Source: a virus (taxonomy: Duplodnaviria; Caudoviricetes). From it: a stretch of 32,635 nucleotides of DNA. The notes beneath the pieces were generated by a model. The model worked only from the letters and a program-made list of their open reading frames with translations, was not told the origin of the DNA and made no database searches. Shown piece by piece: positions 16,772-26,484 of this stretch (positions are counted from its first letter, which is position 1; each line of letters opens with the position of its first letter). The stretch covers positions 1 through 32,635 of the IMG/VR virus record IMGVR_UViG_3300016667_000229; one strand, 5' to 3'. Position numbers and translations under genes: made by a program.

Positions 16772-19435
16772 TTACCTAATTGATGAATTCTTCTGATTGA
16801 AGACAGACTTGATCTCGATCTGCGTGATGTTGCAGGGAGACAGCTTGTCGTTTGTAATTGAGATGTCCACCTCATCGGAGAATCCGAAGATCTTTGCAGT
16901 GAACACACCGTCCGTGTCAATGACATCGGTTGTTTCCGTATCTGTTGCGGAGAACTCCGATACCAATGGATTGTTTCTGTTGCGCCTTGTGGCGATCACC
17001 TTGTAGTATCCAGTGTTCGAGTGTCGAACCTGCATTGTCTTCAGGTTCAGCACGCCCTCAACGATGTTGAAGTTCTGGTCCCGAAGGTACTGAGTGGATA
17101 GATCGATCCGCATTTCAAACGGAGTTCCAACCCAAACGCTCTTTCCGACATGTTCGGTGAGGTCGATGCCACTGAATGTGACACTGGTGCTTGATCCCTG
17201 TGGTAGAATTTCCGATGCCCTGAATACTGAATACGACAGTCCATCGAATTCATCCGACAAAACCACATAGCAGTCATCGGATGGAATGATGTATGGAACA
17301 ATCAGTGAGGTTTCTACCGCCCGTGCCGAAGCATTGAGTGCGGTGATCTCCAGGAAACTCATGGAATCCAGCCGTGGAGTATTTGTATCCTGCTGTTCCA
17401 GTAGACCCTGCATGATGTACCATCCAGTCCGTCCCTCGACGGAACGCAGGACAACGGCATACAGGTATTCATCCCATGCCTTGATGCCTTTGATGCTATC
17501 GTATTCGGATAGGATGTATCTCCAGAAGGCGGATTGGGCTACCTTGTCGCCATCAAACCTTCCACAATATACATACAGGTGATTCTGCGCATCCGCGTCG
17601 ACGCACATCAGGTAGTTCTGGGAGACCGCAACCGTTGCATCCTGATAAGATGACGGCAGGTATCCCCTGACACTATTCGATAGTTCGACGGCAGTGTTGA
17701 ATTCGCGGCTATCCTGGTTCAGATAGATGTACAGCCGTTCCTTGTCGAAGAAGTACAGCTGACTTCCAAGTTGCATTGGATCGACCAGATCGGCGGTCGA
17801 GTAGAATGTGGTGCTCGAGACTTCCGCAGTAAGCGGAGAGATCAGGTTGTTGTCGCCCTTTAGCTCGAACTGAACTCCACCCTTGGTGTTGATGAACAGG
17901 TATTGGTTGTAAGGCAGCATTGCCGTGATCTCGGCATAGCTGTTGCTGCTGGCCCTGATGTCAATTGGGTCGGAAACGATCACATTGGATGGATCCTTGA
18001 TCCACATATCCTCGATTACCCCAAGTTGGGATGAGAATACGACATCGCCAGATGCAATGAACAATCTGTCCCTGAAGTTTGCCATTGCGTTTAGCTTGAC
18101 ATGACGTGCTTCACCATCCGTAGTAAGGAACGGAGAAGGACCAGGATTGGTATTTCGATCCCCGACAGTCCGTGCTGCCCAGTCAATGGGCCTTACTGAG
18201 AAACTGCCGTTGTTAAACACGATCTTATGTGGCATTCTTGCCGAGTCAAGCACCGAGCAATAGTCTGGTGTCCGTACTTTCTGTGTATATGGTTTGCCTG
18301 TTCCAATATAGATGTCGAAACCATCGTCATATTCATTTCCCTCTGGGAATGAAATGATCCTGTAGTAGCCAGCATCTAGAGACAGGTACGGTGCATCGCA
18401 GTATACGACACGTCCCCTGCCATCGATGTAATCACCGTATGTCAGGTCGGAATCGTAGTACGATGCCAGCATTGTTCGGGCGGTTGTGTCGCTGGTTGTG
18501 CTGTTTGAGTTGTTTGCAAGCCAATCGTTGTTGTCAGGTGGAAACCGAAGTTCACCAAAGTTCCTGACGGATTGACCAAGCCATGGTTTTTCAAAATCAC
18601 CATAGACAAAATCCTCGACTGGAACAAACTGAGCTGCCCAGTCGGCATCGAATTCCTCGCCATCACGCAGGACATAACCTTCATTATACATGCGTCCATC
18701 GGTTGTCTTCACGATCTTGGTGGTGGTATAATAGGTAATCTTGCCACCCTCTGAATCAACCTCGGTTGTGTTCAATCCATTCAATCCAACCTTCTTGCCG
18801 TTAGTACCGCTGGTGAATCCAGCATGTACCTCGGTATTCAGGAAGATGATGTTTGTTCCAATCTGAAGGGATCGCAGGTGTTCCCGTGCGGATGTATCTC
18901 CATAGCACAGGTACTCGCGTGTACTCTTGTCTACCACTCCCTGCGCAAGGATGATGTTGTATTTCTCCAGCAGGGTATCGTCGCTTTCGTATGCGGTGGC
19001 AAGGAGCAACAGTGGGTATCGATCATCGCTTTCATCAAACGATTCAATACCATCCCACTGGAGACTTGCATCCGTTGGATCCCATTGCGATGCGGGAGTA
19101 TAATCTTCCCACGAATCCTCATCGATCTTGATGGCATACATCACCTTATCCGTAGATCTGGTGGCATTCTTATCGATGATCACAAGGTATCTATTGGCTC
19201 GGTCAAGCTGAAACCATGTGAAATGGGGATCGACTGAGGCTGGAAGAAACGATAGGTCGTATGATCCTACCCCAGGAAGAATAGAGAATCCTGGTCTCTT
19301 TTCCACCGAACGCTCGAGCGATACAAGGCAATTGTCCAGGTTTTCAGCCTGATATGGACTACGCTTTGCAGCGGGTTGTCGTGATACGCCTCCGCTGAGT
19401 GTAAGGATCCTAAGCGTTCTATGCTCTGCCATCAT
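16772..19435 (-). CDS. Tail tubular protein B / nozzle (T7 gp12-like)
   Basis: N-terminal LSGGVSRQP..R...Q.....N......VEKRPG, W..R.VGD..TNP.PS, F..RL, DPIDI, QSAFW motifs; position after gp11-like gene. Confidence 0.92.
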   Translation of the reverse strand: MMAEHRTLRILTLSGGVSRQPAAKRSPYQAENLDNCLVSLERSVEKRPGFSILPGVGSYDLSFLPASVDPHFTWFQLDRANRYLVIIDKNATRSTDKVMYAIKIDEDSWEDYTPASQWDPTDASLQWDGIESFDESDDRYPLLLLATAYESDDTLLEKYNIILAQGVVDKSTREYLCYGDTSAREHLRSLQIGTNIIFLNTEVHAGFTSGTNGKKVGLNGLNTTEVDSEGGKITYYTTTKIVKTTDGRMYNEGYVLRDGEEFDADWAAQFVPVEDFVYGDFEKPWLGQSVRNFGELRFPPDNNDWLANNSNSTTSDTTARTMLASYYDSDLTYGDYIDGRGRVVYCDAPYLSLDAGYYRIISFPEGNEYDDGFDIYIGTGKPYTQKVRTPDYCSVLDSARMPHKIVFNNGSFSVRPIDWAARTVGDRNTNPGPSPFLTTDGEARHVKLNAMANFRDRLFIASGDVVFSSQLGVIEDMWIKDPSNVIVSDPIDIRASSNSYAEITAMLPYNQYLFINTKGGVQFELKGDNNLISPLTAEVSSTTFYSTADLVDPMQLGSQLYFFDKERLYIYLNQDSREFNTAVELSNSVRGYLPSSYQDATVAVSQNYLMCVDADAQNHLYVYCGRFDGDKVAQSAFWRYILSEYDSIKGIKAWDEYLYAVVLRSVEGRTGWYIMQGLLEQQDTNTPRLDSMSFLEITALNASARAVETSLIVPYIIPSDDCYVVLSDEFDGLSYSVFRASEILPQGSSTSVTFSGIDLTEHVGKSVWVGTPFEMRIDLSTQYLRDQNFNIVEGVLNLKTMQVRHSNTGYYKVIATRRNRNNPLVSEFSATDTETTDVIDTDGVFTAKIFGFSDEVDISITNDKLSPCNITQIEIKSVFNQKNSSIR

Positions 19436-20061
19436 CGACCTCCGTTGTTATATGGCCATCTGTTGGCCGCATCCATATTGTTCAGGATGTTCTTCTTTCT
19501 GTCGGTGATATTGTTTGCCCTTGACTTGATCCTACCCATCTGCTCGTCCATTGCAAGAACCTGATCAATTACCCTGTCTCCCTGGGTCAGCATCTGGTAT
19601 CGACGCATTGCAGAGGCAAGGACTGATCTCTGGGTTGTGGTGTCAAGGTGCTCCCACTTAAGCAGGGCAATGATGGACACGGTGTATTCCTGATTAGAAT
19701 CCCACTGCAGTGTTTCATCCGTGATGTTGTATAGCTTTGGTGGATTAGTTTCGGTTACCCGAGCTGTGATGATCTTATTGTCTGCATTGACGTGTCGGCT
19801 TTCAAGAGATGCCTCGATGATTCCGAGATAGTCATTGCTGGGGGAAACGAGCAGCAGGTGCCCGTTTGAATCTGGAGTTAGGATGCGTGAGAACTTATTC
19901 TCTGCAATGCCTCTTAGTTGTACTTCCTGACTGTATTGATCCAGTAGAAATTCTGCAATTCCAGTGTCGATGCCTGATGCCTCCTGTAGGTCGGCCACCA
20001 GGCTTTCCCCCGCAGACAGCATCATCATGTTTACTGCGTCTAACTTTGATAGATATCCCAT
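19432..20061 (-). CDS. Tail tubular protein A / gatekeeper (T7 gp11-like), 209 aa
   Basis: Start moved to ATG 20061 (SD AAAGGA, downstream of terminator); SKLDAVNMMMLSAGES matches the gp11 LDAVN..L..IGE motif. Confidence 0.9.
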   Translation of the reverse strand: MGYLSKLDAVNMMMLSAGESLVADLQEASGIDTGIAEFLLDQYSQEVQLRGIAENKFSRILTPDSNGHLLLVSPSNDYLGIIEASLESRHVNADNKIITARVTETNPPKLYNITDETLQWDSNQEYTVSIIALLKWEHLDTTTQRSVLASAMRRYQMLTQGDRVIDQVLAMDEQMGRIKSRANNITDRKKNILNNMDAANRWPYNNGGR

Positions 20062-20086
20062 GGATGATTCCTTTCTGTTTGGGGAT

Positions 20087-20123
20087 AAAAAAAACCTCCT
20101 CCCCCCGTTAGGGAAGAGGAGGC
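20087..20123 (-). terminator. Intrinsic terminator after major capsid gene (T-phi equivalent)
   Basis: Minus strand CCTCCTCTTCCC-taac-GGGGGGAGGAGG-TTTTTTTT: 12-bp stem with two G-U pairs and 8 U. Confidence 0.92.
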
Positions 20124-20237
20124 TATACGACCGCAGCACGTAGCTACGGAAGAGATTGAGGATCACCGCAACCTTTCTGGCTAGAGTCTTTGCGAAATCA
20201 ATCGAAAGAATCAGACTCCACTTACACCTATTGATTA
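20124..20237 (-). ncRNA. Candidate structured RNA (copy B) between capsid stop and terminator
   Basis: Hairpin 20182-20220 (TGGAGTCT/bulge/TTCGA-TTGATT-TCGCAA/AGACTCTA), short GCC-AGAAA-GGT hairpin, CCGTAGC-TACGT-GCTGCGG hairpin; shares loop motifs with 6248-6380. Confidence 0.5.
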
Positions 20238-21593
20238 GGCGTATGGGAAGGTGCCAGAAGCAGTTGGGATGCACTCGCGGGTCATGCCGAGACGGGTGCG
20301 GAGCATTGCACGGGCCATGCCTGCTTCGGCTCCACCAGTATTAGCAGCGTCGACCTGTGCAAAGACAGCGACAGCGGAGGTGAAGAGGAAGCCACCACCC
20401 TGACCCCATGTGGTATCGGCGTCGGTGTTCGCGGTGGTTGGACCAACGAGAACGGCAGCGAGTTCTGGGCGAAGAACACCAGTACCGCTGAGCATGGATG
20501 CGACGGTGAAGGTCGTGTTGCGACGGATGTCGTTTACGGTATCGACCTTGAGACCCTGCATCTTGAGGGATGCAACGCAGCCAGCCTGGAAGAGCAGACC
20601 AACAATACCAGCGTCATCGAATGGCAGATTGTAACGAGACTCACCAATGGTGTTGACATCGGCATCGAAGACGGGAAGGTGGTTGCTCTTGATGATCTTG
20701 ACACCCATGTACTCGAGTGAGTCGGTGAGCTTGTTGAGACCCTGATTGAGGGACGCACCAAGACCGCCAGCTTCTGCAACACCGCCAAACATTGGCTGCA
20801 TGTTGACCGCGTAGGTCGTGGAGCTGCCGCTGTAGACAATATCGGTGGAACGTGCAACGCCAAGGGCGCGGATGTCCTGGAAGGCGCGTGGGGTCACGGC
20901 GAGATACACGCCATCGGTTGGCGCGTTGATCTGCTGGAGGTAGACCATGAAGTCCTCGCAAGCCTGCAGGGCGGTGAGAGCAGCGGTTGCTCTGTTGGCC
21001 TGTGAGGCGGCTGGATCGATGATCGCACCAAGGTTCTTGAAGTTGGCCGAGATGAACACTGGGCCGCATGGAACAGCGCGTGGATCGTTGCTGGTGGTCG
21101 AGCTACCAGCAGCATCGGTACCTGACCAAGTGAGGTCTTCGCAAGCAGCGCGTGCGATGTACGCAGCGATCTGCTTGTCTCTCGCGTTGGCGAGGGTCAT
21201 ACCCGCCTGACGGGCGAGCTCCGAGCGGAACTCCCACTGAGAGACCATGAGGTCGATGTTGTCGATCTCGAAGTGCGCCGCAATTGGACGGGCATCGAGC
21301 TTGATTGCGATGGTGGTCGAAGTCGAATCACCGCCGTAGAGTTCCTGACCAGCCTGCCATGCAGTCTTCAGGGCCACGGTACCAGTGATTGGGAATTCCC
21401 ACGCCACGCCACCAGTCAGGGTCTTGCTCGTGACGAGAGACTCGAACATGTTGGTGTGATCGTAGGCGTTGATGACCTCACCCGACCAGAGTGAGAGCCA
21501 GAGCTTTTCCGCACCAGCGGCAGCGCCTGCTGGGTGAGCGGTGAGTGATGAGCGGTATGCGAGATCGCCAGTTGCTAGATCTGGATATGCCAT
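20235..21593 (-). CDS. Major capsid protein (T7 gp10-like), 452 aa
   Basis: LWLSLWSGEVINAY, KTLTGG..WEFPITG, RSELARQAGMTLA..RD, GVKIIKSNHLP, GTGVLRPELA; strongly biased codon use; followed by terminator. Confidence 0.95.
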   Translation of the reverse strand: MAYPDLATGDLAYRSSLTAHPAGAAAGAEKLWLSLWSGEVINAYDHTNMFESLVTSKTLTGGVAWEFPITGTVALKTAWQAGQELYGGDSTSTTIAIKLDARPIAAHFEIDNIDLMVSQWEFRSELARQAGMTLANARDKQIAAYIARAACEDLTWSGTDAAGSSTTSNDPRAVPCGPVFISANFKNLGAIIDPAASQANRATAALTALQACEDFMVYLQQINAPTDGVYLAVTPRAFQDIRALGVARSTDIVYSGSSTTYAVNMQPMFGGVAEAGGLGASLNQGLNKLTDSLEYMGVKIIKSNHLPVFDADVNTIGESRYNLPFDDAGIVGLLFQAGCVASLKMQGLKVDTVNDIRRNTTFTVASMLSGTGVLRPELAAVLVGPTTANTDADTTWGQGGGFLFTSAVAVFAQVDAANTGGAEAGMARAMLRTRLGMTRECIPTASGTFPYA

Positions 21594-21608
21594 GTCTTAT
21601 TGCCTTTC

Positions 21609-22505
21609 TTATTGCAGACCGTTGAAATTCGTCTGCAGCATCCGTGTTTCCACGGCTTGTCTAAACTTTGGATCCTTAGAAAAACGGGGATCGTTCCGTT
21701 CGGCATAGAACTCAGCCTTGCTGGTATACGGGAGGGTGTTGATGGTCGATGCCGATACCCCTACCTTCGTACCTCCAGCCTTTGGGGGTTCCTGTGCCGT
21801 GACCTTTGTAGCCTGAGCCGAATCATACTTTGCCTTCAAGCCAAGGAGGGTCATCTCCCATGAAGGTGTTGCAAGTGCGGCATTCACATTTGCCTGCTCG
21901 GTTGGAGACAGGTTCTTGCTAGCCCAATCAAAGACTCGGGCAAGGTTTTCCTTGCCTCCGACCTTGGTTGCGGCTTCCGCATATGCGTTTTGCAGACGGG
22001 CCTTCTGTCCCTGCATGAAGTCATCGATCACGAAGTCTGGTACATTGAGACGCTCACGAATACTTGAACGAGATTCCTCTGACAGATTGCCGTTCACCGT
22101 AAATTCGGTAGCGTACTTTGTCCATTCTTCCTGCGTCAATTCCTTCTTTACTGCCTGCGGAGCGGGTACCTCTTCCTTCTTTGCGGGGATCCGAAGTTCC
22201 TCTGGAATCGAAGGGGGTGGTTCCACCTTGGGTTGCTCCTGAGCCTTTGGTTCCACCACCTGAGGTGGTTGGGATACCTGCTGTTTCAGTTGTGCGATCT
22301 CCTGACGGGCCTTGGTATACTCGCCTTGCGCCGACTTGAGTGCATTGAACCAGTCACCGACACTCTTGAAGTTGTCTGGTACCTGGATCTGGTTTGCATT
22401 CACGTGGGTAGTGAAGGCGTGTAGCTCACGCGCCGTCTGTGGATCGACGGGTGCAGCCGCTGATTGTTCCCCACCTGGGGGAGTCGTTGGTGCTTGTTCT
22501 GACAT
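21609..22505 (-). CDS. Capsid assembly scaffolding protein (T7 gp9-like)
   Basis: EFTVNGNLSEES, VGGKENLARVFDWASKNLS, C-terminal YTSKAE..A..NDPRF..DPKFRQAVE; directly upstream of capsid. Confidence 0.9.
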   Translation of the reverse strand: MSEQAPTTPPGGEQSAAAPVDPQTARELHAFTTHVNANQIQVPDNFKSVGDWFNALKSAQGEYTKARQEIAQLKQQVSQPPQVVEPKAQEQPKVEPPPSIPEELRIPAKKEEVPAPQAVKKELTQEEWTKYATEFTVNGNLSEESRSSIRERLNVPDFVIDDFMQGQKARLQNAYAEAATKVGGKENLARVFDWASKNLSPTEQANVNAALATPSWEMTLLGLKAKYDSAQATKVTAQEPPKAGGTKVGVSASTINTLPYTSKAEFYAERNDPRFSKDPKFRQAVETRMLQTNFNGLQ

Positions 22506-22508
22506 TTG

Positions 22509-24224
22509 TTAGATTCCTGTGGTTGAGAATAGTGATGGACGGGTTGCTCCGTGAATCAACCATGCACCTCTACTTGTCGAGGGAATGGAAATGGTCACTG
22601 TCGAGTCACCAGTCACAATTGCCGATGTTCCACCAGTCCCTCCTGTAGGGGTTGGTGCAACTGTTAGTCTTGAAATGTACCGACCACGTAGTGGACCAGT
22701 AACGATCTTGGCCGTGGAGATGACTCCAGTGGCTGTAGCCTGAAGAGCTAGGGGAATCGATGGAGAGGCTGGATCCATTTCCACGTTGTTACATGGCCAT
22801 AGGACACCATTCTTGGTCACTTCCTTGATTTCCCGAAGGACATCTCCAAGCTGACCAGAGTTTCCATAGTAGTTGAAATAGTGGAATGTACGGGCACCAT
22901 GAAGTGCAGCGTGGTATACCATTTCATTCCAATATCGTTCATCAGATGGGTATTCACAGCTATCGTTAGCATCATCTGGTGGCCGTACCCATGGACAAAT
23001 GGTTGTCATTGGATAGGCTACTGAGTTTTCCCAACACTTCTGTAGATCCAGGATGAATGCAAGATACGCATCACTGGCATATGCGGTGACTCCACCACCA
23101 GCAACCTGAACCGTATATAGATAATCATCCGTAGTTCCTGGCGTGGTTCTAAAACCAGCACCAGCAATGCCATCAATCTGACCGTAAAGAACTGGACTAC
23201 CACGATACTTGGAGTGGGTGTGACCTAGTCCTCCAAATGCCTTGTGTCCGTTGTAATCCTTCAGGTGTTTCCAGTTTGCATAAGGAAGATTGTGAGATTC
23301 GTAGTTGTCATACGTACCTTCAAACCATTCCTTATCCATTGCGTACTTGAAGATGTGCTCTACTCGGTGGGTTTCAGTTACCTGTTTTAACATGGCCTGC
23401 CACGCCCAATAGGTATTAGGGGTCGACCATGGTGTCACCCATCCCGAAGAAGTGGTAACAGCAGTCCAGGGAGCCATGATTGTGGTGTATGCGGTGAATG
23501 ATCCAGTGAGATCTTCATAATATTCCTCAAGCAGATCCTTCCATGTCAGTGATCTTACCAGATCACCGTGGTCCAGATCATCAAAGCGGGAATCCTGAAC
23601 AATGGCCTTGATCAATCGGGCATCACCAGGTGCTTCCCACGCAGAATCAACAGCACCTGTTGTATTTCTTACAGAACCAATGGACCACGCCGCGTTGGCT
23701 GATTCCATGTCATCGGAAATAAACGAAAAGTGTGCATTGTTCTGTTCGCACGCATTGACGTATCTTTTGAAGAAATCCCGTGCCTGACGGGTCTGGGAAT
23801 TTGTAGTGCTTCTATATTGAAACGGAGAATCCCAGTTTGCGCCAGCAATGGTTACTTTTGTTGTAGCGTAGTTTTTGGTGGTGTTGAAGTTCAACAGATC
23901 CCGTCCACCAACCCCATCATCCTGTAGGTATGACGGAAACAGTACGCGCCTTGACATTGGAATTGCCCTGAGTGCGGCAAAGGAATCGTTTACCTCGGAT
24001 TCAAATGCCGTCTCAACGGTTGTAGCAGCATCGGAAGTAACCGAATCGGCTGCGCGCCTGCGCTCGGTTGCCGCCATACGAATGGCTGGTACGATTGCCT
24101 TATCCGTAGATAGCAAGTTGCTGTCTGTCCATGCGGTAGCCCACACGGTGAATGCGGAAGCATCTTCCCAGATGTAACCCTGATGGATATGAGTAGCTGG
24201 ATTGTATGTAATCACTTCCATCAA
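22509..24224 (-). CDS. Hypothetical 571-aa protein, possible TIM-barrel carbohydrate-active enzyme with C-terminal beta domain
   Basis: Long W/Y-rich ORF; motifs HFSFISDDMES, YDNYE, SPVLYG, ICPWV, YWNEMVYHAALHGARTFHYFN and a terminal beta-rich region. The CDS is secure; function is inferred. Confidence 0.55.
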   Translation of the reverse strand: MMEVITYNPATHIHQGYIWEDASAFTVWATAWTDSNLLSTDKAIVPAIRMAATERRRAADSVTSDAATTVETAFESEVNDSFAALRAIPMSRRVLFPSYLQDDGVGGRDLLNFNTTKNYATTKVTIAGANWDSPFQYRSTTNSQTRQARDFFKRYVNACEQNNAHFSFISDDMESANAAWSIGSVRNTTGAVDSAWEAPGDARLIKAIVQDSRFDDLDHGDLVRSLTWKDLLEEYYEDLTGSFTAYTTIMAPWTAVTTSSGWVTPWSTPNTYWAWQAMLKQVTETHRVEHIFKYAMDKEWFEGTYDNYESHNLPYANWKHLKDYNGHKAFGGLGHTHSKYRGSPVLYGQIDGIAGAGFRTTPGTTDDYLYTVQVAGGGVTAYASDAYLAFILDLQKCWENSVAYPMTTICPWVRPPDDANDSCEYPSDERYWNEMVYHAALHGARTFHYFNYYGNSGQLGDVLREIKEVTKNGVLWPCNNVEMDPASPSIPLALQATATGVISTAKIVTGPLRGRYISRLTVAPTPTGGTGGTSAIVTGDSTVTISIPSTSRGAWLIHGATRPSLFSTTGI

Positions 24225-24901
24225 AATCCCCCAATCTCGCTATAGGTATAAGCAAGGGTAAAAGTATCAAGCGTTGTTACGTTTGATGTGTTTGTTACCG
24301 TGATTGTAGAGGAGGAATTTAGAAGTGCTCCTGAGGAATCCATTGCCTTGAATCTTACGTATTCATTTGGCTTTACAATAAAAGTACTGTTGTTGTACAA
24401 TCTTGTATAACCTGTTGCCGATGATGGAGGAACGGTGGTATTGGCAGCAACCGTAGTTGGAGACACATTTACCCATAGTTGAGTTGTTGTGCTTGGGTCG
24501 CTGAACAAAACCCTGAGTCCAATGTTTGTGTCAATTCCAGTAATCTGAACTTGAGCTGTTCCGTAGACATGGGAGTATTCCGCAATACCCATATCATAGG
24601 TAACAGCATGTGTAATGGTAGTCCAGTCAGCGGCGGCAGGGGTTACATCTCCAGTAAAGGTCAGATTGGTCGTAACCGTGGTGATCTGTCCTCTACGGGT
24701 GGCTGGATCCTTGCTGCCCAGTCTCATCAGAATTCCTTCTACGGCCTCCTGTGCATTGGCAAGCGTTGAATAACGCCCGACATACTGGTTCTTGTTCACA
24801 ATCAAGTGAACGGGACCACTGCTTGGTTCCTGTAGATAGGTGATGTAGTGAACTGATCTGATGTTTAGGTTGTTTGCGCCAGCTGCGTTGAGGTTGCTCA
24901 T
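24221..24901 (-). CDS. Hypothetical 226-aa protein with T/S-rich beta-sandwich (Ig-like) domain; candidate virion decoration protein
   Basis: DVTPAAADW...QITGIDT...FIVKPNEYVRF...LDTFT pattern; ATGA overlaps with portal and the next gene; SD GGAGG. Confidence 0.6.
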   Translation of the reverse strand: MSNLNAAGANNLNIRSVHYITYLQEPSSGPVHLIVNKNQYVGRYSTLANAQEAVEGILMRLGSKDPATRRGQITTVTTNLTFTGDVTPAAADWTTITHAVTYDMGIAEYSHVYGTAQVQITGIDTNIGLRVLFSDPSTTTQLWVNVSPTTVAANTTVPPSSATGYTRLYNNSTFIVKPNEYVRFKAMDSSGALLNSSSTITVTNTSNVTTLDTFTLAYTYSEIGGF

Positions 24902-26484
24902 TGAGGCATTCCTCCCATCAGTTGACTTGGATCAACACCCTGCATCATCTGTGCCGCGATCTCCTGTCCCTTGGGGGATTGGATGGCGGCTTGAGCCGCC
25001 TGACCAGCAGCACCTGCAATGCCCTGTCCAATCGCACCAGCGGTCTGCTGCTGCGTCTGCATCTGTGCCATCCTCATCTGCTCTTCCTGCATCTCCTCTG
25101 GATTCTTGACCCACTGACGTGGATCGAAGCCAAGACATGTGATGAGCTGGGAGGCATAGGCATCCCACTTGAAGGTCTGCACCGCATCGGGTGGCAGGTT
25201 TCTGACCATCTCGCCCATCTGCATGAGTTTCTGAAGGTCCGAGTCACGGCTCAACGCCTGTAGACCAGTGACAATCTTCAGGCTGATGGTTCCATCCTCC
25301 GCGAAGAACTGCTCTTCCAATGCTGGATCAAGGAGTTCCTGATCCAACATCTGGACAATGCATCTGTTGATGATTGGTTCCATCAGCGTTCGTGCGATGG
25401 ATGAGAATGCGCCACCCAGAACTGTTTCCAGTTCCGAGCCGATCATTCGTACAGCCGTAGCCGTGACGCGATCTCCCGAAGGGATCGACTGTCCTGCCAA
25501 TAGGAAGGCTTGTCCGATCTCCTGACGCATGTTCTGCACCGCAGCCGAAGCAGCCTGAACCTGTGGGTTCATAGTTGCAGCTGGGCTAATAGTGTAGACA
25601 TCCGCCTGACGAGCCGCAACAAACGAACCGTTAGGCATCGACGCAATGTCATCGATTTCAGTGATACCACTTGGGTCGATTCCAATCCAGAAGGCGCTTG
25701 CACCAGCAAGTCCTTCGATCTGTGATTTGGTATAGGACTCGAGCGAACGGATATCACCAAGGATATCCTCGCAATGCGAACGTCCGTAGTTCTCACCTGG
25801 GATTGCATACCATCTGAGGACTGCAATCGGGGGTACAAGGTATGTTCCTTGGGATACCACCGTTCCATCGCCCTTTTCCTTGCGGTACTTCCATTGACCG
25901 TTGTCATTGGTATACTGGCAGTAGTGGGTGCAGAAGCCACGTCTGTGATCCGTCAGGGTTTCATCGTATCTGATGTCCTCGGGATCAATGGCTTCGTATT
26001 CCAGGTGAATGATCTCGATCACATCGCCCATTACATTTCGCTGGACAACGTACTGATCGAGCCTGTAGTTTGTAAATAGGAAATCGTCATCCATCACAAG
26101 CAGAACATCACCAGTGATGATGAGGTTCTGCAGTGCCTGATAGACGGCTTCGCGTAGGTTTGTCGAGACAAGCTTGCGATAGACCTGGTATGCCAGACCC
26201 TCCAGATACTGTTCCAATTCAAATGGCATGGATGAACCATCCTTCAGGGAGAACCTGAAGAATGGGGCATCATTCAGTGGAATCAGTGCCGATAGCATCC
26301 GTGATGCAAGGGCTGTCACGCCCCTGCTGGTCACGGATGAATACGGTTGAGGCAGTGCCATTCCTTCTGTCCACCCCAGGGGTGGAAGAATCGATGGAAT
26401 GGATACCTCGGAACAATATCTAGCCCGCTGAAGCTTGCTTGAACGGTTTCCGTCGAGAAGCCTGAAGCGGTCTTGTAGTTTCAC
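24898..26484 (-). CDS. Portal / head-tail connector (T7 gp8-like)
   Basis: SRGVTALASRMLSALIP, YRLDQYVVQRN..G, RW..IPGENYGRS, RVTATAVR....ELE..LGG, VTGLQALSR; GTG start. Confidence 0.96.
   Translation of the reverse strand: MKLQDRFRLLDGNRSSKLQRARYCSEVSIPSILPPLGWTEGMALPQPYSSVTSRGVTALASRMLSALIPLNDAPFFRFSLKDGSSMPFELEQYLEGLAYQVYRKLVSTNLREAVYQALQNLIITGDVLLVMDDDFLFTNYRLDQYVVQRNVMGDVIEIIHLEYEAIDPEDIRYDETLTDHRRGFCTHYCQYTNDNGQWKYRKEKGDGTVVSQGTYLVPPIAVLRWYAIPGENYGRSHCEDILGDIRSLESYTKSQIEGLAGASAFWIGIDPSGITEIDDIASMPNGSFVAARQADVYTISPAATMNPQVQAASAAVQNMRQEIGQAFLLAGQSIPSGDRVTATAVRMIGSELETVLGGAFSSIARTLMEPIINRCIVQMLDQELLDPALEEQFFAEDGTISLKIVTGLQALSRDSDLQKLMQMGEMVRNLPPDAVQTFKWDAYASQLITCLGFDPRQWVKNPEEMQEEQMRMAQMQTQQQTAGAIGQGIAGAAGQAAQAAIQSPKGQEIAAQMMQGVDPSQLMGGMPQ

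Noticed and set aside
21594-21608. T7-type phage RNA polymerase promoter before capsid or other late genes
   Set aside because: Gaps are only a few to about 15 nt and I could not find a repeated ~20-bp motif by eye; a motif search on the full genome would be needed.
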